The notes beneath the pieces are model-generated. The model did no database searches. It was not told where the DNA came from and was given only the letters and a program-made list of their open reading frames with translations. Position numbers and translations under genes: made by a program. DNA of 64,000 nucleotides from contig OZ244207.1 in assembly GCA_965216875.1 (NCBI GenBank), forward strand, positions 7,840,001-7,904,000, read 5' to 3'. Of the stretch, positions 58,701 through 64,000 are shown one piece after another (position 1 is the first letter of the stretch; every line of letters begins with the position of its first letter). Source of the stretch: Rubripirellula sp. (GTDB lineage Bacteria; Planctomycetota; Planctomycetia; Pirellulales; Pirellulaceae).

Positions 58701-60903
58701 CAAGGTCATCGCATTTAGCGACCAATTCGTCGCACTTTTCAGCGAGCTCGTTTCGCTCGGCAGCGAGTCGGTCGCGGTGCGAGGCGATCCCGTCGCGTTC
58801 GGCGGCGATCTCGTCTCGATGAGCGGCGAACTCATCTCGCTGGGCGGCGAATTCGTCTCGCTGTGAAAGAATCTCGTTCCGCTGCGTCGCCAGTTCATCA
58901 CGTTGCGACGCGATCTCGTCTCGCTCGTTGGCCAACGCGTCACGTTGGTGGGTCAATTCATCGTGAAGACCGGACAATTCTTGGTGTTGTGCCGCCAATT
59001 CATCGCGATAGGTGGCGATTTCATCACGCTCGTTTGCGATCTGATCACGCTCAGATGCCATTTCGTCACGCTGGGTGTTGGCCGCGTCACGCTCTTGGGC
59101 GAACTGATCGCGCTCGCTGCGCATCTGTTCGCATTGTTCACGCATCTCCTCGAGGCGTCCGGTGAGCGTTTCGTTTTGCTCACGCATTTGCGACAGGTCG
59201 TTGTTCGCCTGAGCGAGGTTGACCGAGAGCTCATCCACACTTTGACGCAGCTGCTCGGCTTCTTGCTCCCAGCTTGCGCGAGCAAGGTCGCCTTGCGATT
59301 CGCCTTGCGAAACCGCGGCTTCCAAACTTTCGACGTTGCGGCAGGCCGTTTCATAGTCGGCTCGCAATTGTTGCGATTCATGGCGCGCGTGATCGACGGC
59401 CTGTTGCAGCTGTTCCACTTCATGCCGAAGTTGGTCGGCGACCGCTTCACTGTCCGCAAGTCGTTGTTGCTGATCTTGCAGCTCGTCGCTTTGCGTCGTG
59501 CGCAGCGAATCCATTTCGTTGAGCAGGTCTTCTGCTCGTTGTTGCGCTTGTTGGCGTTGGGCTTCACTCTCGGCTTTTGCATCAATCGCGCGATCACGAG
59601 CCGCTTCAAGCTCGGTGCGCAGTCGTTGATGCTCCTCGCGCTGACTCGTTTCTTCTGACTGCAAACGAGTTTGTTGGGTCGACAAATCATCGATCTGTTG
59701 ATTCAGGACGACAAACTGCTCACGCATCCGTTGGACCGCGTCCGACGCCGCATGGGCTTGCTTTTGCGACTGCTGCAGTTGGTGCGTCGCTTGGTCGAGC
59801 TGGACGCGGTAGGCGCTTTCCTGCTGTTGGAATTGCGCTTCAAGCGTTCGCAGTTCAGCTTCGCGCCGTTCGAAGCCTTGCTGGCGCGCGATGTTGGCGT
59901 CGCGAAGTTGCAGAAGCTCTTGTTGCTTTTGCGTGATCTCTTCGTGCAATTGTACGGCTGCAGATTCGGCCGACTGGACCTGAGCTTCGCGTCGATAGAG
60001 GTGCTCGGCTCGCGCCCACAATTCGGATTCGCGACCACGCAGGTTGGCTTCACGGTCATCGCACCGAGACTCGCGGCGATCGCATTCGGCTTGGCGTGTT
60101 CGCCATTGATCGATTTCACGTCGCAGCCGTTCACGCCATGCCGCTTCGCTCTCTTGGCCACCATAGTTTGGGGCACCAGGTGGTTGCGAACCGATTGGCG
60201 ATTGACCCCCACGCGAAGCAGGGCCACCCAATGAAGCAGCTGGTCCACCCAAAGTAGGACCACCCAACGAGTTTGCACCGCTTAGCGGTGAGGAGGAGAG
60301 TGACTCGAGATCGGCGAGTGCCGACTCGAGCGCTGGCAGCGAACCGAGCTGGGAGAAGGTTGGCGCCGAATCAAGGGCACCATGGCCACCAGCTGGTGAC
60401 GAATCGAACGCCGTTTGCGCCGAGTGATGGGCCGGCATTGGATCGACTGTTGGGCTGGAGACGGAAAGGAGTTCGAACCGGTAAGAGCCCATGCGCAGCA
60501 CGTCGCCCACGTGAAGCGTCGTTTCGGTCGTCTCGGTCTCGTTGATTTCGATGGGGACCGAATAGGCACGAACCTTAATCTGGTCGGCTTCGCGAATCAG
60601 CACGGCATGCATCGGACGCAGCGCTTCGTCGGTCAGACGGATGGAGCAGCCTTCGGCACTGCCGAAGGTGTACCGATTTCCGGTCAGCCGGAGGCGGCGA
60701 ACGGGTGCACCGGGCCTGAGGACGCGAAACTCGAGGGCACTGCTGCGGGTGCCAGCAGAGAGTCCCGCGGAAAAGTCGCCCGAATGGTTCGGCAGCGTGG
60801 AGGTAGGCGAAAAACTAGAGTCAGGATTCATGGTGTTTGGACCGGTTTGCACGTTCATTCCAGCGGCTTGGCCAAGGTTCGCGTGATTCATACTCACCGT
60901 CAC
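55792..60903 (-). CDS. Giant FHA-domain / coiled-coil / acidic low-complexity protein with C-terminal TM hairpin
   Basis: FHA-like fold (YTFGSAEGCSIRL..RPMHAVL..IN..LHVGDVLRMG), about 800 aa of coiled coil, about 450 aa of acidic linker and two C-terminal TM helices. Start may be 60903, 60897 or 60891. Confidence 0.88.
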   Translation of the reverse strand: MTVSMNHANLGQAAGMNVQTGPNTMNPDSSFSPTSTLPNHSGDFSAGLSAGTRSSALEFRVLRPGAPVRRLRLTGNRYTFGSAEGCSIRLTDEALRPMHAVLIREADQIKVRAYSVPIEINETETTETTLHVGDVLRMGSYRFELLSVSSPTVDPMPAHHSAQTAFDSSPAGGHGALDSAPTFSQLGSLPALESALADLESLSSSPLSGANSLGGPTLGGPAASLGGPASRGGQSPIGSQPPGAPNYGGQESEAAWRERLRREIDQWRTRQAECDRRESRCDDREANLRGRESELWARAEHLYRREAQVQSAESAAVQLHEEITQKQQELLQLRDANIARQQGFERREAELRTLEAQFQQQESAYRVQLDQATHQLQQSQKQAHAASDAVQRMREQFVVLNQQIDDLSTQQTRLQSEETSQREEHQRLRTELEAARDRAIDAKAESEAQRQQAQQRAEDLLNEMDSLRTTQSDELQDQQQRLADSEAVADQLRHEVEQLQQAVDHARHESQQLRADYETACRNVESLEAAVSQGESQGDLARASWEQEAEQLRQSVDELSVNLAQANNDLSQMREQNETLTGRLEEMREQCEQMRSERDQFAQERDAANTQRDEMASERDQIANERDEIATYRDELAAQHQELSGLHDELTHQRDALANERDEIASQRDELATQRNEILSQRDEFAAQRDEFAAHRDEIAAERDGIASHRDRLAAERNELAEKCDELVAKCDDLAANVESLVSKQSDLESQHGDLAEQRDRIADELNQVTEQRDEAQSRLDDLSGQRDDFVSQRDEVTEQRDHLNQQRDHLQSQHEDTLAELQRIGAELEEVTRQRDEIAGERDEIAKQRDEITTQRDELATERDEITAQRDEVTAQRDEITAQRDEIASERDELTAERDELSSQRDELSAERDELSARQDLVLAERDEATAQREQAVTTRDEISAQRDDLASERDELVAERNELAAQRDALKSERDELEQHKESLTSERDDIAAERDEIQSLREQISQERDEIQKQIDDRPSDEAWLSLREELDCANQQLAEMKREYDAARNRLDEVEAAAASNAATQDDTAQDGTSHDATSHDAQQPTGGDDIVLADSSASEVTDEHDEAWPTYQMAEAPAEQHASQPVEDASQPEAIDEAYQDTATPETEPQTAASPEPEAALPEADSDSAWGGEQPEASGDENPWGESSSVWSEPSETPSDEIANSVEHTANWDDAPEPSAAENSDSENPWSSSSAWDSESQAEQPPVQESAWGSDDGPEAIEPSSDENSWASEPADEQEHGVTSPWTAAEDLPQDEASAWGSSPEQEASDEYGTAEHEGEQAVDGQHESSESEDQVADGSLASMLIQDLAADRDQEQPSENTYVMDEGAEDIEDSQGWDQEHPEEAYSSSWTNESDGYSSESIDQDGGFDSGGSFTEDEYAHEPTAQFEQEEGTEFEQDSDYESTQQFDNSELSDSQDFEQSPVPEAGLPAEAGLPEEASLPAEASLPAEVGDLPSVPEGADDDSIEAYMNRLLQRVQGEPGEEGEDKPETVSLSTSAPLSQPLSQSLEAPQEEVAEPQPAADPNAPLVPRSEAPEKHSNLSAMRELANESARSAINKSVRVQSRNTQMKGVMQYGFACAALACGVACYYFLPGIVRYLAVAMTVVVAGVCIHEGLGLMGDAKRQLTGSPKSETEGEEAGEEADDVVSEDEAEEPAAE
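56419..56497. repeat. In-frame 18-bp tandem repeat (EA[GS]LP[AE] x4)
   Basis: GGCAAAC(T/C)GGC recurs every 18 bp. Confidence 0.85.
57856..59115 (-). repeat. Sixty consecutive 7-aa (21-bp) degenerate repeats, consensus [EQ]RDE[IL]xx
   Basis: From ERDQFAQ to ERDEIQK is 1260 nt (420 aa) with no break in phase. Confidence 0.9.
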
Positions 60904-61578
60904 GTCCCTTCCATTTCGACGTCAGACTGGGCAATGCGAGACAACCTGTGGGTGCGAGACCGCCTGTCGGTGATGGGGCATCCCCCGGTTGTCGTGGGCG
61001 CGCGGGTTGATCACCGGATCAGCGCAGCGCTACCCAATGTCAATAGTTCGGACACTTGGGCTGGCTCCTGTTAGTGAATCTGCGAGGGATGCACCGCTTT
61101 TAGGAGCCAGAATCGGATTGACAGCCTCGAAATCGGCCCGGCGACCCCTGAAAGAGGGGCCAGCTACGCAAATGTCCACGAATGGTATGGCTGCCGAGCG
61201 GCGATGTCGAAACGGCCGCAAACCCTTTGCAAACCGGACTTTACACACATTGCGAAGGGAAAAAACGGACGAAACCCGCCAAGGAAGGGGGATTTGGGTT
61301 CCCGTGTTTCTATCATTAGGCCGGATCGAGATTCGCTCCGATTGCACGAACGGCATGGCCGGTTGTTGCGTAGCACCGCTGAGCTGGTTGGAAATGGGCC
61401 GCCCTAAAACGGTCCCTTTTGAGCCAGGCGGGATTGAAACATTCGTCACTGTGGGACGAGGTTTCGAAAAACAGCGAGGAGTTGAGTTTTGAGTGTGAGT
61501 GAGCGTTGTTTCACGAGCATAAACATCGGTCAATTGAAAAGAATCGATTGACGTGCTTCCAACCAACAAGGTGATTTG

Positions 61579-61992
61579 ATGTCCCGAAAAGATGCCATTG
61601 AGAAACTGCGAGAGACTTTGGTTCGTCGTCGCGACGCCTTGCGACGGGCTCTCGAGGGCGACTTAAGTTTGCTGCAAGAACTACACCAAGACAAAACAGG
61701 TGACGTCTTGGATGCTGCGGCTGATACCGTTCAAGACGAATTGAACAGTCAGTTGATTGAGGCGGAGAGCCGCGAATTGCATGCAATCGATGATGCCATC
61801 GCTCGCATCGAACAGGGCGTTTATGGAAAGTGTGACGGTTGTGGCAAAGCCATCCCGCTGACACGCTTGCGCGCCGTTCCCTACGCTACCGATTGCATTG
61901 CTTGCCGGCGAAAAGCGGAAAGTCGCAGCAGCAACTCGGGTGCTGTCTCTTGGAACCGCGTGTTTGACAATGCCGAAGTGGATTCGATGTAA
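61579..61992 (+). CDS. dksA: DksA/TraR C4 zinc-finger family transcription regulator
   Basis: Coiled coil with DVLDAA (DxxDxA tip), IDDAIARIEQGVYGKCDGCG..IP..RL.A.P....CIAC. Confidence 0.88.
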   Translation: MSRKDAIEKLRETLVRRRDALRRALEGDLSLLQELHQDKTGDVLDAAADTVQDELNSQLIEAESRELHAIDDAIARIEQGVYGKCDGCGKAIPLTRLRAVPYATDCIACRRKAESRSSNSGAVSWNRVFDNAEVDSM

Positions 61993-62064
61993 CGCCATCG
62001 CGACTTGATCGCGATCAATCGATCGCCAAGGCGAGGGAGTCCGCCTTGTGGAAGCACGCCAGTG

Positions 62065-62093
62065 ACGGCCGGCCAATTGTCCGGCCGTTTTTT
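62065..62093 (+). terminator. Rho-independent terminator after dksA
   Basis: ACGGCCGG-CCAATTGT-CCGGCCGT-TTTTT. Confidence 0.75.
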
Positions 62094-62257
62094 ATTGCGC
62101 CGTCCGTAGCGATTCTTACAAATGCTGCGCTCAGGGATGCCATCGACATCATCCAGCAAGCTGGCCTGTGCAGTTGGACGATGCCTAAGATTGCACCGAC
62201 GCCTCCCCTATTTCCGTCAGTGCACTTTGAAAAAAGCCTCCCCAAGCAGTTGCATCC

Positions 62258-63505
62258 ATGGTTCGTCCTCTCAATCTCCTTTCGGTTGGCAGTCGCGCAC
62301 TGACGATTGCCGCCATTGTTGGTGTTGCTTCCACAAGTGTTTTGACAACGCCGGTCCGCGCTCAGGTTGCCGAAGGAAGTCCAACGACGGTCCTGACGCC
62401 AACGCGTCCTTCCGTGACGACCGCCCCTCCGCGAATTACCGTCAACCGTCCTTCACTCGAGTCGCAGTCGACGGAAATCAGTCCGTCAGGTTCGGTCGAT
62501 CTGCAACGCGAACGCCTGTTCAACGAACTGCGTGAAGAGTTCAACACGTTTGATCGGTTGGGCAATCTGGTTCGACGTGTTTCTCAGTTGGTCAAGCCAA
62601 GCGTGATTCACATCGAAGCTCACAAAACCGAACAGAAAGCGGGCACGCGTGAATCGTACGACGAAGCCGGAAGCGGCGTGATCATCGATCGCGGCAACGA
62701 ACAATGGGTGCTGACCAATCGGCACGTCATCCTCGGCGCGAGCCCACGCGAGATTCTGTTGCGATCAAGTGATGGACGTGAGTTTTATCCGACTCAGGTG
62801 ATTGCAGACGCCAGCACAGACGTTGCCGTCATGAAGATCGAAAACCACGGCTTGCCATCGGCACGCATTGGCAACAGTGACGGAATCGATATCGGCGATT
62901 TTGTCATTGCAATTGGAAGCCCCTTTGGTCTGAGCCACTCGGTGACGTTTGGCATCTTGAGCGCCAAGGGACGTCGTGACCTTGAGCTGGGCGAACAGAA
63001 AATCGACCTGCAAGACTTTTTTCAGACCGACGCCGCCATCAATCCTGGCAACAGCGGTGGCCCGCTGTTGAACCTGCGTGGCGAAGTGATCGCGCTGAAC
63101 ACCGCGATCGCCAGCAGCAGTGGTGGTAGCGAAGGCATCGGATTTGCAATCCCGATGAACATGGCACTGACCGTAGCCGACCAGTTGATCGAAAACGGTC
63201 GTCTACAACGCGGTTACTTGGGCGTGACACTCGAGCCCGAGTTCAGCTCGGCCGACTTGGTGGCGGCAGGCTATGGTCTGATGAGTGGAGCGTTGGTTAA
63301 GAGTGTCCGCAACGGATCACCCGCTGAAAAAGCCAACCTGCAACGTGGCGACATCATCGTCATGTTCAATGGCAAGAGTGTCGAAAACGACGATCACCTC
63401 GTCGCCCAAGTTGGCCTGACCCCCATCGGTTCGACCGTGCCGATGATTATCTACCGACAAGGCAAACGCTATCGCACCGAGGTTGTGCTGAGTGATTTGA
63501 ACTGA
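62258..63505 (+). CDS. HtrA/DegS-like trypsin serine protease with one PDZ domain
   Basis: GSGVII, TNRHV, TDVAV, IGSPFGL, QTDAAINPGNSGGPL, and PDZ (RGYLGV..SPAEKANLQRGD). Confidence 0.93.
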   Translation: MVRPLNLLSVGSRALTIAAIVGVASTSVLTTPVRAQVAEGSPTTVLTPTRPSVTTAPPRITVNRPSLESQSTEISPSGSVDLQRERLFNELREEFNTFDRLGNLVRRVSQLVKPSVIHIEAHKTEQKAGTRESYDEAGSGVIIDRGNEQWVLTNRHVILGASPREILLRSSDGREFYPTQVIADASTDVAVMKIENHGLPSARIGNSDGIDIGDFVIAIGSPFGLSHSVTFGILSAKGRRDLELGEQKIDLQDFFQTDAAINPGNSGGPLLNLRGEVIALNTAIASSSGGSEGIGFAIPMNMALTVADQLIENGRLQRGYLGVTLEPEFSSADLVAAGYGLMSGALVKSVRNGSPAEKANLQRGDIIVMFNGKSVENDDHLVAQVGLTPIGSTVPMIIYRQGKRYRTEVVLSDLN

Positions 63506-63517
63506 GTCGCTTCAGTC

Positions 63518-63624
63518 GTCGTGGATGAGGCTGCGAATCCCCTGATTCGAAAATGATTCGGAAATTCGGGACTCGTGGCCTCGTCCACTTGCGATAGTTC
63601 GGGACTCGTGGCCTCGTCCACTAC
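63518..63624. repeat. REP/REPIN-like cluster (family C)
   Basis: TTCGGGACTCGTGGCCTCGTCCACT occurs twice (63565, 63598); the second ends in CTAC, so the reverse reads GTAGTGGACGAGGCCACGAGTCC. A degenerate inverted copy lies at 63518-63541. Between convergent genes. Confidence 0.85.
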
Positions 63625-63637
63625 GGAAGAAACACCG

Positions 63638-64000
63638 CTAGACCATTTTCATTCGGCGCCAACGGCCGTGGATGAAGCGGGCGACCATCACCAAGGCGAG
63701 TAGCCACACCCAAAGGGTGACCATCCACCACCACCATCGCAGCTGTTCGGTCGGTGGTTCAAAGATCAGTCCGATGGCCAGCGCAATCGCGGACGCAGAA
63801 AAGCCGCCGATCAGCACGAACCAAGTGTCGCCAGCCCCGCGAAGGGCGCCGGCAACGATCAATTGCATGGCATCGAGCACGACGTAGATGGCCACAAAGA
63901 CCAGTAGCCCGCGAGCTAGGTCGATCGCCTCGGCCGATCCTTCGGTCTGTCCACCCGCTTGAGTGTAGAGCGACATCAGCGTGTCGGGGATCGCCAGGTA
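63638..64000 (-). CDS. MATE family efflux transporter, C-terminal part (partial)
   Basis: LDAMQLIVAGALRGAGDT motif and R...GRW C-terminus; runs off the right edge. Confidence 0.88.
   Translation of the reverse strand, partial: YLAIPDTLMSLYTQAGGQTEGSAEAIDLARGLLVFVAIYVVLDAMQLIVAGALRGAGDTWFVLIGGFSASAIALAIGLIFEPPTEQLRWWWWMVTLWVWLLALVMVARFIHGRWRRMKMV

Noticed and set aside
61100..61320. GCAAACC-containing segment as a c-di-GMP-I riboswitch
   Set aside because: The GNRA-loop P2 stem and the downstream GCAAA/receptor stem could not be assembled; Rfam cmscan would settle it.

Overview
The window is core-like chromosome from a Planctomycetota bacterium, probably Pirellulaceae (Rhodopirellula/Stieleria-like). 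This is inferred from the gene families present: DUF1501 and DUF1549/DUF1553 proteins, a BBP7-type beta-barrel, a PVC-type heme-binding CxxCH protein, three sulfatases and several Hanks-type kinases. From left to right it holds: (1) DUF6807/PmoA-like, nfi, an unannotated 57-aa membrane peptide, solA and a Tat SGNH hydrolase; (2) a sulfatase - ECF sigma - FecR/LamG anti-sigma - sulfatase - DUF1553 cytochrome - DUF1501 locus; (3) a LarA-like protein, a DUF1570/LRR protein and a third sulfatase; (4) a partial Wzx/Wzy exopolysaccharide cluster; (5) a coiled-coil membrane protein pair with a near-consensus sigma70 promoter, then a kinase and accD; (6) a cytochrome c/azurin-fused dehydrogenase operon; (7) yjbQ, folC and a PPTase; (8) a signalling-rich block (BBP7, WD40 kinase, Zn-finger membrane kinase, pseudokinase, ECF sigma, a 1.7-kaa FHA/coiled-coil protein), followed by dksA, an htrA-family protease and a partial MATE transporter. 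I found no tRNA, rRNA, CRISPR array, transposase or phage gene. Several families of REP-like intergenic repeats occur. The best candidate for an undescribed system is 49.5-60.9 kb: an ECF sigma factor translationally coupled to a catalytically dead kinase, followed by an active membrane kinase, downstream of a giant membrane-anchored scaffold with a degenerate FHA domain, 60 uninterrupted xRDxhxx heptads and a Trp-studded acidic disordered region. All family calls come from motif recognition by eye; no database search was run.
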